IMG/VR virus record: IMGVR_UViG_2061766007_000015 | Coordinates: 1-64,000 of that record | Strand: one strand, 5' to 3' | DNA length: 64,000 nucleotides | DNA from: a virus | Taxonomy: Duplodnaviria; Caudoviricetes | Shown here: positions 24,313 to 33,627 of the stretch, one piece after another | Layout: each line of letters opens with the position of its first letter | How positions within the stretch are numbered: the first letter of the stretch is position 1 | The notes under the pieces: model-generated | What the model was told of the DNA's origin: nothing | The model's input: only the letters and a program-made list of their open reading frames with translations | The model's database searches: none | Translations under genes and position numbers: made by a program

Positions 24313-24839
24313 CGTCCACTACCGCCCATGCGTGTAAGTTCCATGTTAGCAAGTCTACGTGAAAGTACTTTCTTACAACTGCTTAACAATTCCTGTGCCG
24401 CTTCTACTTTAGCCTTTACTGTTTTGTAGGCTCTTGCATAGCATATAGCCACCACGTTCTCTTTCTGAGCCTCAAGTTCCGCAAGTGAGTTTTTATCTGC
24501 TACTGTACCTTCATCAATATTGGAACGAACTGTATGGTACATCTCTTTGTAGACTGCCTCAGCAATATCATCTCTTATGCCGAGTCTCTCACACATACCG
24601 CTTGCGAAGTAAATGTACGTAGACAGATTCATTACAAAATCATCCAACTCTACATCAGTAGGTGGATTCTGACCGTCAGCAAGTAGGCCACGGATAAAAT
24701 CAACATAGTTATCCAAATCCTTAGTGTAATCTGATATGATGCTGTCTACGATTTCATCCATCTGTTTTGAATTGGCTTCTACTCTTGCCTTTATACCGTC
24801 AATCTCTTTTAGGTCTTCCGTATCGAACTGAAATTTCAT
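24309..24839 (-). CDS. Helical hypothetical protein (possible recombination mediator)
   Basis: 176 aa helical ORF between recU and recA. Confidence 0.7.
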   Translation of the reverse strand: MKFQFDTEDLKEIDGIKARVEANSKQMDEIVDSIISDYTKDLDNYVDFIRGLLADGQNPPTDVELDDFVMNLSTYIYFASGMCERLGIRDDIAEAVYKEMYHTVRSNIDEGTVADKNSLAELEAQKENVVAICYARAYKTVKAKVEAAQELLSSCKKVLSRRLANMELTRMGGSGR

Positions 24840-25401
24840 CTAAAAATGCCTCCATATCATAGTCAAAGAACACACGCTTCTTAGTGCCAGGTATTTCAAT
24901 AAGTGGATTGTATTCGTCATATTCCAAAATCCTTATAACACCCTTATCAAATTTGGGATACTTACGCATAGAATACTCGGTATCATAACGAATACTTTTA
25001 ATATCTGTCCATTCCCGTAAATGGTCTAAGAACTGAATTGGTATGAACTTTGTAACATCTTTATCTACCCACCAACACAGTACGCCAGCAATTACACCAG
25101 GCACTTTAGACTTCTCTAAAAGTCCTGTCCACTGCGTATCTGTAATGTTGCCATAAAAACCATGAAGTACGCCACGCTTATCAGGCTTAGGATTACTGTG
25201 AATACTTAGAGTGTTACCGTGTACAGATTTACACTCGATATGATATTCTAATGGCTCTCTGTATACAATGAAGTCGCAGTGGTTGGTACTTCCTATATAG
25301 CCAGTAGTCTGGTCGTGCAGTCTGACGATACTTGTGTTCGGTACTTTTTCAAATGCCGCTTCTACAACATCCTCAAATTGTTTACCTCTATTTACTGCCA
25401 T
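24799..25401 (-). CDS. recU: RecU-family Holliday junction resolvase
   Basis: NRGKQFE...CDF...IECKS. Confidence 0.8.
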   Translation of the reverse strand: MAVNRGKQFEDVVEAAFEKVPNTSIVRLHDQTTGYIGSTNHCDFIVYREPLEYHIECKSVHGNTLSIHSNPKPDKRGVLHGFYGNITDTQWTGLLEKSKVPGVIAGVLCWWVDKDVTKFIPIQFLDHLREWTDIKSIRYDTEYSMRKYPKFDKGVIRILEYDEYNPLIEIPGTKKRVFFDYDMEAFLDEISVRYGRPKRD

Positions 25402-25580
25402 TAGTTTACTCCATATTCTTCCATCAACTCATCGTAATGGTCCATAACGTAAAAGCAATTCTCCTTAGTAAGACCTGTGCGAGATAAAGCACACACCATG
25501 GTTAAGTCAAACATGTTGGTTCTCCCGCTCTTCTGGATTCTTACATAATCTTTAAACTGCTCACTTGTAGGTTTATTCAT
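25401..25580 (-). CDS. Small protein, DUF5049-like (59 aa)
   Basis: Hand-translated IQKSGRTNMFD motif; AAGGAG SD. Confidence 0.6.
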   Translation of the reverse strand: MNKPTSEQFKDYVRIQKSGRTNMFDLTMVCALSRTGLTKENCFYVMDHYDELMEEYGVN

Positions 25581-25636
25581 TTCCGGTTCTCCTTTAGTCT
25601 CCTAGTAATGCACAAAGTAAAATTCTCAGGATAAGT

Positions 25637-26434
25637 CTAATCATTATCGCACCTCCATTTGTAGCCACAGTACGTGCAGGCCCTTGCAGGTAAATTAGGC
25701 TTAGGCGGTACTTCATCTTTCTGCACATAACTGTCTACCGCTTTGATATTGTTTACGAGTTCCTCTCTCATAGCATCCGTCACATGAAACATGTAGGGCT
25801 TCATATCAAGTATATCTCGGTTGATGTAAATAAAGATTACATCATCTATGCCAAACTCATGTGAGTACGCTGTGCCTTGATTATGATGCTTAGGGTCTAC
25901 ATCACTTCGGCTATTAAACTTAAAACTTGCCTCAGTCTTTAACTCTAAGATATAATATTTATCCTTGTACCTGATTATACCGTCGCATAAGAAACTCATG
26001 TTAAGGTTTTTATCGTACAACTTGGTTTCGTAATCTGTATGCTCAAAGTCAGGCTCTTTTACTACATCCAGATAATCGAGATTTCGGCTTCTGACATAAT
26101 CAGATACCTTAATATACTCACAGTCGAATCCGTTCTCTTTCATATCAAGAACTGCCTGCTGTATACGCTGGTGAATATCTGAACCGCTGTTACAAATACC
26201 TACACTTGTATAAGTCTGACTCTCTTGAGGCTCTACACCTTTAACCTGATAGTACATGTTTCTTGGACAATTCATACTACTAGGCTTGTATGTCTGAGAA
26301 GGTAATCTCTTATTCTTCTCCGCTGTCAATTCGATACTGCGCTTCAAATCGGCTAAGAACGACTGCTCTACAGGTAATTGACTGTTGGCTTCATCAACCA
26401 TTCTCAGTACTGATTTTAAACTCTGTCTACCCAT
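25637..26434 (-). CDS. Solo Cas4-like PD-(D/E)xK exonuclease
   Basis: PSS..CPR..YY, DGII..ELKT, QxxxY, C-terminal CxxCxxxxxC. Confidence 0.75.
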   Translation of the reverse strand: MGRQSLKSVLRMVDEANSQLPVEQSFLADLKRSIELTAEKNKRLPSQTYKPSSMNCPRNMYYQVKGVEPQESQTYTSVGICNSGSDIHQRIQQAVLDMKENGFDCEYIKVSDYVRSRNLDYLDVVKEPDFEHTDYETKLYDKNLNMSFLCDGIIRYKDKYYILELKTEASFKFNSRSDVDPKHHNQGTAYSHEFGIDDVIFIYINRDILDMKPYMFHVTDAMREELVNNIKAVDSYVQKDEVPPKPNLPARACTYCGYKWRCDND

Positions 26435-26457
26435 ATGTTATCTCACTTTCTATAAAC

Positions 26458-26485
26458 ATTATAGCACATATTTTAAAGAAATCAA
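26458..26485 (-). promoter_or_regulatory. Class II promoter
   Basis: TTGATT-16-TATAAT with TGn. Confidence 0.7.
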
Positions 26486-26486
26486 C

Positions 26487-26513
26487 GGGAGCAACACACT
26501 ACATGTTGCTCCC
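26487..26513 (-). terminator. Terminator-like hairpin
   Basis: GGGAGCAACA/TGTTGCTCCC 10 bp. Confidence 0.6.
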
Positions 26514-26520
26514 ACATTGA

Positions 26521-27600
26521 TTATTCGTTAAACAGACCAAGCACCTGAACTGTAATGCCGTCTACAAGTTTAAGTGTATTTTCTGTACCGTACTGAATGG
26601 TTACTTCGTCTACAGAGTTAACTTTGACCTGAGTCTTGAACATCTCAACATCAATCATGCACTCAAAATTTGTTTCGCCGCCACTCATACAGTCAAGAAC
26701 CTCAGAACCAACTGATTTCTTATTTTCCATAGTAAGCGAGCCACCACCGAATGTCAACTTAATGACATTACGGTCATAATCACCGACGAATACTGAAAGT
26801 CTGTCAAGTGCCTGCAGTAACTCATTCTTCTTGACCGTACAAGTATTTGTAAACTCAGTATTCACAAGACTGGACACGAGGTCAACATCATACTCATCAG
26901 CGTTACCATCGGCTTTCGTAATAAGTCTGCAATCAGCAGTAGTAAATACCAGCTTATCATCTTCTCTTACATAGTCAATTAGGCCTTCCTGACCGTTTGG
27001 CATAAGTTCAAGTAAATCAACAGTTGCCGCACTTAACAATACTGGCTCTTCTGCGAACTTCTTGTTAATGGAACAAATCTTTTCTCCGTCTGTACTGAAA
27101 ATGCACTCGCCTGCGTAATATGATGTAAGAGCAATTACGTTAGGGTCTGTACACAGAGCCGTCTTTGCTGTAGAAATCATGGTATTAATAAGACCTACTG
27201 ATACCTTCTCAGGTGTAATGCCTTCCGGAACAGGAGGTGCAGTAAGTTTAACAAATGTGCCATCAACATCAAGCGGTAATTCAATCTTGTACTTACTCTT
27301 GCCGCCGAGTACTGTAAGACTGTCTGCTTCGATATCCAATGTGATGTTCTCGCAGGTCATCTTAGAAATCAATTTTGCAAAACTGTCGGCTAATACTACT
27401 ATGCTGAACGTGTCAGCAGTATCTACCGCTGTCGATACCTGAAAGTAGTTTGTTGTGTCTGTGGTGGTCAAAACAAGTCTTTTACCTGCTAAGTCAATTG
27501 CCATAAGACTTGTGATGGGTAAAAGTTTGTTGTTTGATGAACCCTTTACTGCTTTTGCTACGAGTTCCTGAAATTTGGTAGTGTTAATTGTGAATTGCAT
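26521..27600 (-). CDS. dnaN: DNA sliding clamp (beta subunit-like)
   Basis: About 360 aa three-domain pattern; LVLTTTDT, TDGEK, ELLQALDRL motifs; AAGGAGG SD before MQFTIN. Confidence 0.8.
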   Translation of the reverse strand: MQFTINTTKFQELVAKAVKGSSNNKLLPITSLMAIDLAGKRLVLTTTDTTNYFQVSTAVDTADTFSIVVLADSFAKLISKMTCENITLDIEADSLTVLGGKSKYKIELPLDVDGTFVKLTAPPVPEGITPEKVSVGLINTMISTAKTALCTDPNVIALTSYYAGECIFSTDGEKICSINKKFAEEPVLLSAATVDLLELMPNGQEGLIDYVREDDKLVFTTADCRLITKADGNADEYDVDLVSSLVNTEFTNTCTVKKNELLQALDRLSVFVGDYDRNVIKLTFGGGSLTMENKKSVGSEVLDCMSGGETNFECMIDVEMFKTQVKVNSVDEVTIQYGTENTLKLVDGITVQVLGLFNE

Positions 27601-28456
27601 TGTGTCCTCCTTTTGCATAGTTGCCACTTATTATTTTAGGTACTGCGTGTTCCCAATCTATTATGTGATGGTAACGCTTATTTGAAACGCCCATGGTTGC
27701 TACTTTAACACATGATGGGCAATTCATAACTGTGTAGAATGATTTAACATACGTACCGTTATCTAGATACGATTCAGTTAAACCGCCAGAAAATGCTTGT
27801 GTCGTACACTGGTCTAATGAGACATTTGCTGTAGTAAGAAATAGCTTTCCTCTACTGCCGTGCAACACATATGCGGTTGTATCTTCATTGATTCTGCCAA
27901 TGAAATCAAATGGTCTATCCGTCTTACAAAAGAACGAGTTCATGGCCTTTCGTGCAAGTTTCTTCTTCCACACATTGGAACCTTTGCCACCAATGAAATC
28001 ACCTGTTTGGGCAAATGCTACAGTATGTGCTCCTGATTTCTCAAGAAAGTTTATGTACACATCAATAATGGAATCTAAGTCTCGCACATAGATTGTACCA
28101 AACTTACCAGTCTCATCTTCATACCTGCAACGAAACTCTTGGTAATCATCATCAAGTTCCAAGAAGTAAGTTAAGCCAAGTTCTTTTGCTATTCGATGAC
28201 ACTGATTACGTGCAAACAGTACTATGTTTCTTGCGGGGTTTAAGTCGCAAGTGTCACTGGTTTTTGAGGCTTCAAGTTTATCGAACTGTATGACTTTATC
28301 GCCATACAATCTTCTGTACTCATCTTCCTGTTTGTCCTCATTGTCAATGATGATATAGTACTTTCCTGTATAACCACATTTCTTTAACGAGTCTACGGTT
28401 ACAACTCTATCTGCTCTGCCATGAGACAGAATGAATACCGCAAAATCATTTCTCAT
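27584..28456 (-). CDS. GT-A fold glycosyltransferase (TAGT/GREB1-like)
   Basis: FILSHGRAD, FLELDDDY, GRINED, HH.I.W..AVPKI. Confidence 0.75.
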   Translation of the reverse strand: MRNDFAVFILSHGRADRVVTVDSLKKCGYTGKYYIIIDNEDKQEDEYRRLYGDKVIQFDKLEASKTSDTCDLNPARNIVLFARNQCHRIAKELGLTYFLELDDDYQEFRCRYEDETGKFGTIYVRDLDSIIDVYINFLEKSGAHTVAFAQTGDFIGGKGSNVWKKKLARKAMNSFFCKTDRPFDFIGRINEDTTAYVLHGSRGKLFLTTANVSLDQCTTQAFSGGLTESYLDNGTYVKSFYTVMNCPSCVKVATMGVSNKRYHHIIDWEHAVPKIISGNYAKGGHNAIHN

Positions 28457-28842
28457 TTTGTCTTTTCCCCGCTAGTCCGCATAATCTCGTCAATGTCTTT
28501 GGACAACTGTATGTAGCCGTTTGCTATTGCATCGTCAATGTCGATAAGCACCAACGCACTCTTCTCCATTAAATTCTGCATTTCTTCCCCGGCATGCGCA
28601 TAGTAATCGGCAATCTTGGCATAATTAAATACGATATGTCTTGTTGCCGCAAGTCGTAAAAACTGCTTCTCTTTCTCCGACACATTTGAGTCATTGATTT
28701 CCTTTAACAACTGTGAATACTTACCATACTGATAAAGAGACTCAATAGGTGGTGCTACTGCACTTGGCTCATACTGCGGTATTGCTGACTTCTTGGTGTA
28801 AATGTTCTCTTTTGCAGTTTGCTTGACGTTAAATAATGCCAT
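28453..28842 (-). CDS. Small helical protein associated with phage glycosyltransferases
   Basis: YTKK..IPQYEP...FLRLAATRHIVFNY..IADYYAH; AAGGAGG SD before MALF. Confidence 0.75.
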   Translation of the reverse strand: MALFNVKQTAKENIYTKKSAIPQYEPSAVAPPIESLYQYGKYSQLLKEINDSNVSEKEKQFLRLAATRHIVFNYAKIADYYAHAGEEMQNLMEKSALVLIDIDDAIANGYIQLSKDIDEIMRTSGEKTK

Positions 28843-29662
28843 TTGTACCTCCTTTCTTATAGTGACCACTGATTATTTTGGGTGTAAAGTTCTTATATGG
28901 TATTCTTAGTTTGTCGTAATTTTGTGGTGTACCATTAGTAAGAATTACATGGTGTTCCACATACTCTAGTCTAGTTATGCCTTTGTAACAATCGCCAGTT
29001 GCCATGGGTGCTCTACAGTTCACTTGCATGCCGAATGGATATAATCCAATATTGCCACGCTTATTGTTGTCGAGAACAATAGTCATATCCTCAAGCACAC
29101 TTGCTTTATACGGGCCTATCGGCTTCTTCACATCATACACAAACATATTGCCGTAATGTGAAGCAAATTTATAGGTATCTTTATTTATGCCGATATAGTA
29201 TGATGCACTTGGTGGACCAACTATACCTACATGCTCACTGCAATTTAAGAAACGGATATAAGCATCGATTACACGCTCAAAATCAAACTTCTTTGTACTA
29301 CATATTTTATCATCTTTACTCTGCCATCTCAATTGGACGCTCTCAATATCATCAAACATAAAGCAGATGTATCTTATTCCATTTGCTTCGGCATACTCAT
29401 CGATAAATTGTCTGGCGTATGTACACACCTTATGTGTATAATTGTACGTACCAACGCTATCGACTTTATCGTAGTAATCTTCCTTCTTAAATCTGAGAAC
29501 CTTATAATCAACACCGTCCACATAATCGTACAGTTGTGGGTCATCCTCACCAACAACAACGTATATTGGATGACTCACATGATACGACCTGAGTAATTCA
29601 AGTGTTGGTATGTACTTTGCTTTACCGTAACTCGGTATAAAATATGCTACATTATCTATCAT
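28829..29662 (-). CDS. Second GT-A glycosyltransferase paralog
   Basis: FIPSYGK, MFDDI, LED, TPKII; ATGA-coupled to polA. Confidence 0.65.
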   Translation of the reverse strand: MIDNVAYFIPSYGKAKYIPTLELLRSYHVSHPIYVVVGEDDPQLYDYVDGVDYKVLRFKKEDYYDKVDSVGTYNYTHKVCTYARQFIDEYAEANGIRYICFMFDDIESVQLRWQSKDDKICSTKKFDFERVIDAYIRFLNCSEHVGIVGPPSASYYIGINKDTYKFASHYGNMFVYDVKKPIGPYKASVLEDMTIVLDNNKRGNIGLYPFGMQVNCRAPMATGDCYKGITRLEYVEHHVILTNGTPQNYDKLRIPYKNFTPKIISGHYKKGGTNGII

Positions 29663-31974
29663 ACTTTTATTGATTCTCCGTACCAAGACTTAGATACTTC
29701 TACATCACAACTGAATGGCATATGAAGTATCTTCTGTGCCGCATCACTCATTACCTGAGCAAGCAACTCTGAACATTCCTTAGCGTTTTCTTCAGGACAT
29801 TCTGCGATTACTTCATCGTGTACTGGTATAAGCAATCTAAAGCCTAACTCTTTCAGCCTTGCATTGTTATGCAAATCAATCATGGCTAACTTTGTTAAGT
29901 CTGCGGCACTACCTTGGATTCTTGCATTTACTACCTGTCTTGTTGCTTCTGCTATCTTCTTTCCGTTGTCAATTATCCAAATACCTTCTTCGTTGGCTTC
30001 TTCAAATATCCTACGTTTCTGATTGAATCGACAATTAGCAAGTTTAGCCAAATAGTATTTTTGCTTGTTCTCGGGTACAGGTGCAACTGAATCATCTGAA
30101 TCAAAGTCAAGCACATCCCAATTCACTAATGCGCTAGAGTCTGACCATTTAAACTCGTACTCGGGTAACTGCATATCTGGCAATCTTCTCTTACGTCCGC
30201 ATACAGTGGTTACATAGCCTAATGTTCTAGCCATCTCTAATGAGGTATCTTCAAATATCTTTATCTCAAGATACTTCTTATATAGGTTGGCTTTCAACTG
30301 CTTCGCTCTATCCAAAGTTATATGCATGCCATCAGCAACACTTTCATCACCACGTCCATACAAAATACCTAACAACACTGGCTTTGCATCACTTCGTCTT
30401 TGCTTGTACTCTTTAGGGTTCTTATTACCGTTCTCGTCAAACTCTCGGCACATCTCGTATGCCACTTCAAAACATGCGCTGGCTACGTGGCTGTAAATAT
30501 CATCGCCTCGTACTCTTGCTTCGTACAATGCTGTATATCCCAACTCATTACAGAATGAAGCCAAGCATGACGGCTCTTGCTGACTATAGTCCGATGACAA
30601 TAACACACATCCGTCACTTGCGGTAAACATCTGTCGAATGTCTGTAATGTGAGATGGTATGTTCTGTAAGTTAGGTTCGCTACTAGACATTCTACCTGTG
30701 TCTGCACCATACTGATTAAACTTACAATGTATTCTTCCATCATTCGGATTTACACACTCAGGTAGTTTATCAATAAACGTGCTGACTATGGTTGAGAACT
30801 CTCGATAGTCTAGTATGGCTTTCGCAACGTCGTTATCTATCGCCTTAAGACTTTCTTCGTTGGTACTTCTTGACGGCTTCTTCGTCTTTTTATCGACAGG
30901 CTGTTCACACCCTAATATATCGTAGAGTATGATTGCTAACTGTTGAGGACTCTCGATATTAATCGGGTCACTTAGTTTGCAGTCGTGCTTGTGTATGCTT
31001 TTATAACGCTCAATATCGTTGCTGTAACGCTCTAGAACACTGTAGAAAGCGTTTACACGCTCTTCTAATAGTGCATGATACTTTTCTTTTAATTTAGCGT
31101 TATATTCGAAATCAAACTTAACACCAGCGTCTTCCATATCAGCCACAACTTCAACTAGTGGCATCTCAATGTTAAAGAATACCCAAGCAAGTTTACGCAT
31201 ATCTTCTCGGTCGGAGTCTGACCTTAGATACTGACTCTGGTACAAATAGAACTCATAGGTAATTCTCGGGTCATGAGCCGCATATAAAACTGCTGTCTGT
31301 AATGGTATGAGTGTAAATGGTATGCCTTTAAACAATTCATCGAAAGTAAACGCATCTTCTTTTCCATCCAATACATACTTCTGATGTAATGGCTTCAATC
31401 TGTTCACAGGCTCGTTCTCATTCAACAACCGCTGTGCTAAATAACAATCCCACGAACAGTATATACCTTTAACACCTACCATGTTTCGCATTACTCGTAT
31501 ATCGAAATCCGCATTGAACATTACGATAAACGGCTTTGCTTCCAACATGCGCTCAAACTCTTGGCGTATCAGTTCGATTGGCAATTGTCCATCAATCTTA
31601 CTGTTAGTCATGTAACTAACATGATTGATTGGTATATACGCTTCATTCAGTCCAGGTGTGTAAATACATATACCAGCAACTGTATCAAGCAGTGGATTAA
31701 GTCCCGTTGTCTCAGTATCGATACTTACTACACCGTTCGCAATAATCTTATCAATATATTGTTTTAGGGTCTCTTCGTCCTGGATTAAAGTGCAGTTATC
31801 TCGATATTTGCCTAAGTACTTCTCAACCGTGGCTATTGCAGTCTGTACTCTGGCCATTAAACCCCCACTACCCTTGATGGTAATGGGGGCTTTGTAAGAT
31901 GCACTATTTGCTTTTTTCGCTACCGAAACATCCTGCGCCCTGCTGGGTCTACTCGGTATAGTGAAAAGTGCCAT
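29659..31974 (-). CDS. polA: Family A DNA polymerase with 3-prime-5-prime exonuclease
   Basis: IDTETTG exo I; TGRMSSSEPNLQNIP; DYSQQE; AKPVLLGILYG; PVHDE. Confidence 0.92.
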   Translation of the reverse strand: MALFTIPSRPSRAQDVSVAKKANSASYKAPITIKGSGGLMARVQTAIATVEKYLGKYRDNCTLIQDEETLKQYIDKIIANGVVSIDTETTGLNPLLDTVAGICIYTPGLNEAYIPINHVSYMTNSKIDGQLPIELIRQEFERMLEAKPFIVMFNADFDIRVMRNMVGVKGIYCSWDCYLAQRLLNENEPVNRLKPLHQKYVLDGKEDAFTFDELFKGIPFTLIPLQTAVLYAAHDPRITYEFYLYQSQYLRSDSDREDMRKLAWVFFNIEMPLVEVVADMEDAGVKFDFEYNAKLKEKYHALLEERVNAFYSVLERYSNDIERYKSIHKHDCKLSDPINIESPQQLAIILYDILGCEQPVDKKTKKPSRSTNEESLKAIDNDVAKAILDYREFSTIVSTFIDKLPECVNPNDGRIHCKFNQYGADTGRMSSSEPNLQNIPSHITDIRQMFTASDGCVLLSSDYSQQEPSCLASFCNELGYTALYEARVRGDDIYSHVASACFEVAYEMCREFDENGNKNPKEYKQRRSDAKPVLLGILYGRGDESVADGMHITLDRAKQLKANLYKKYLEIKIFEDTSLEMARTLGYVTTVCGRKRRLPDMQLPEYEFKWSDSSALVNWDVLDFDSDDSVAPVPENKQKYYLAKLANCRFNQKRRIFEEANEEGIWIIDNGKKIAEATRQVVNARIQGSAADLTKLAMIDLHNNARLKELGFRLLIPVHDEVIAECPEENAKECSELLAQVMSDAAQKILHMPFSCDVEVSKSWYGESIKV

Positions 31975-31976
31975 TG

Positions 31977-32645
31977 TTAGAATCTATCTCCTCTTGCAGG
32001 AGTTCTTCTAGGATAACTCTCTGCTGTGCCGGCGCTTCTTGAAGGTGCGCTGTTTGTGAATGAGGTCTCGGTTTCTTCAGGAAATTCGCCTGTATGTAAG
32101 TAGTAATTCATATCATCTTCGGTCTTGCTAAGAACTAAACCACCAATAATATCACCGCTCTCGGGTAAATCTTCAAGCGTAGTGTTATCCGGAACACCGA
32201 TAGGATAAATGCCGTATGTAGTCTGAGTATCTTTGGGTTTACCATTACGTTCAATCTCGTATACCTGAGCACACATGGGTGCACCTTCAGGAAGTCTACG
32301 ACATAATCCCTCTAACTGAGTGAAGAACTTTTTACCGCGTTCCCAAATCTGAACTTCCTGAGTATCAACTCTATACACAGGAATGAACATCTTTGCTAAC
32401 TGTGCCTTGCCTGCCTTGCAGAAAGGACAGTCATCAACCGGCGAATTGTAACTCTCTCTCTTACAGTCAACGTATCTCTTCTTGCCGTTTACCTGCACTT
32501 CATGTACTGCATAGCCTGAAATGTCATCCAAACTGTTATAAAGGAAACGCACCTTTGCGACTTCCTTATCTTCCTTTAATGAAAAGAAGCCATGGCCGCC
32601 TTTGCCGCCATAATTGTCTGCTTCATTGTAACTGAATCTTCCCAT
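31977..32645 (-). CDS. Single-stranded DNA-binding protein (gp32-like)
   Basis: FFSLK...VRFL, H..C...CPFC Zn site, flexible tail ending DRF; adjacent to polA. Confidence 0.7.
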   Translation of the reverse strand: MGRFSYNEADNYGGKGGHGFFSLKEDKEVAKVRFLYNSLDDISGYAVHEVQVNGKKRYVDCKRESYNSPVDDCPFCKAGKAQLAKMFIPVYRVDTQEVQIWERGKKFFTQLEGLCRRLPEGAPMCAQVYEIERNGKPKDTQTTYGIYPIGVPDNTTLEDLPESGDIIGGLVLSKTEDDMNYYLHTGEFPEETETSFTNSAPSRSAGTAESYPRRTPARGDRF

Positions 32646-32647
32646 TC

Positions 32648-33385
32648 TTAGTTTTCCTCGCTTTCTTTTACAAATGATAATACTTCGATAAATGCCTCTC
32701 TATACTCTTCCAAATACTGAGTTAAGTCAGTGAAATGGATTGAATGAGACTCGGTAAAATGACCGGTGGTCTTAGCATTATGATGCTTACACTTGAACAA
32801 CTCAACGTTGTGCTGGACTGAACTTGCTAACTGCGGTAAAGTTACACAATAGACTTCCTGCTTCTTCGCTCTTGAGTACATCATAAGCATTAGTCTACCG
32901 TTAATCTTAACACCGCAAGCACACTTGTACGGGTTCTCTGCAACCTGTACTCCGAGATTACCGAATGACTCGACATACTTCATTACCTCTAAAAGTAACG
33001 AATTGTAACCATCGAGTTTTCTCTGAGAAATTGCTTTAGCCTCTTTCTCTGCGGCTTCGGCTGCCTTACGTGCTCTCTTAGCCTTACGCTCGGCTTTCTT
33101 CTCAATCTTCTCGGCCTCATCAGCAGTCAATTCCTGCTCTGTGAGTTCTACCTCTGCGTATGCTTCTTCTGCTGTCTCTTCTGGTCCATCTGTATTAACT
33201 TTTCTTAAATTGGAACGAAATGTACTGTACGTACATGTAGCCTGTAGAAAAGGCTTACCTTCGACGGGTTCAAATGCAAGAGTCTTGTATTTGGTATCCC
33301 TTGAGACTAATCTTCCAGATTTACCGTTTCGTCTATCTTCATAGACCTGGCCGATAATGCCAACTTCATCGTTTGTGCTTTTCAT
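32648..33385 (-). CDS. Hypothetical protein with charged K/E/A linker
   Basis: 245 aa, AAGGAGG SD. Confidence 0.75.
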   Translation of the reverse strand: MKSTNDEVGIIGQVYEDRRNGKSGRLVSRDTKYKTLAFEPVEGKPFLQATCTYSTFRSNLRKVNTDGPEETAEEAYAEVELTEQELTADEAEKIEKKAERKAKRARKAAEAAEKEAKAISQRKLDGYNSLLLEVMKYVESFGNLGVQVAENPYKCACGVKINGRLMLMMYSRAKKQEVYCVTLPQLASSVQHNVELFKCKHHNAKTTGHFTESHSIHFTDLTQYLEEYREAFIEVLSFVKESEEN

Positions 33386-33445
33386 CTTTTCCTCCTTCTT
33401 AGGGTTTATAGTACAGCGTGTTCATAGTCTCTTGACTATAAATAC

Positions 33446-33478
33446 ATTATACATCTTACTTAGATTCGATACAACAGG
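33446..33478 (-). promoter_or_regulatory. Class II promoter
   Basis: CCTG-TTGTAT-17-TATAAT. Confidence 0.8.
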
Positions 33479-33627
33479 TAATGCAAGTATTCTTTAACTA
33501 TCTGCAATTCTAATACTTGCTCTATTGGCATGCCTTTTGACTTGCTGTATCTTTGTACGTACTCGGCAAACTCTTCATTAACTACATATGCCTCGTACAT
33601 ATCTGCGCTATCGTAATTCATCGCCAT
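33460..33627 (-). CDS. Small hypothetical protein (55 aa)
   Basis: Hand-translated NEEFAEYVQRY...; GGAG SD. Confidence 0.6.
   Translation of the reverse strand: MAMNYDSADMYEAYVVNEEFAEYVQRYSKSKGMPIEQVLELQIVKEYLHYLLYRI

Noticed and set aside
25637-26434. CRISPR-Cas locus
   Set aside because: Only a solo Cas4-like gene; no cas1/cas2 or array
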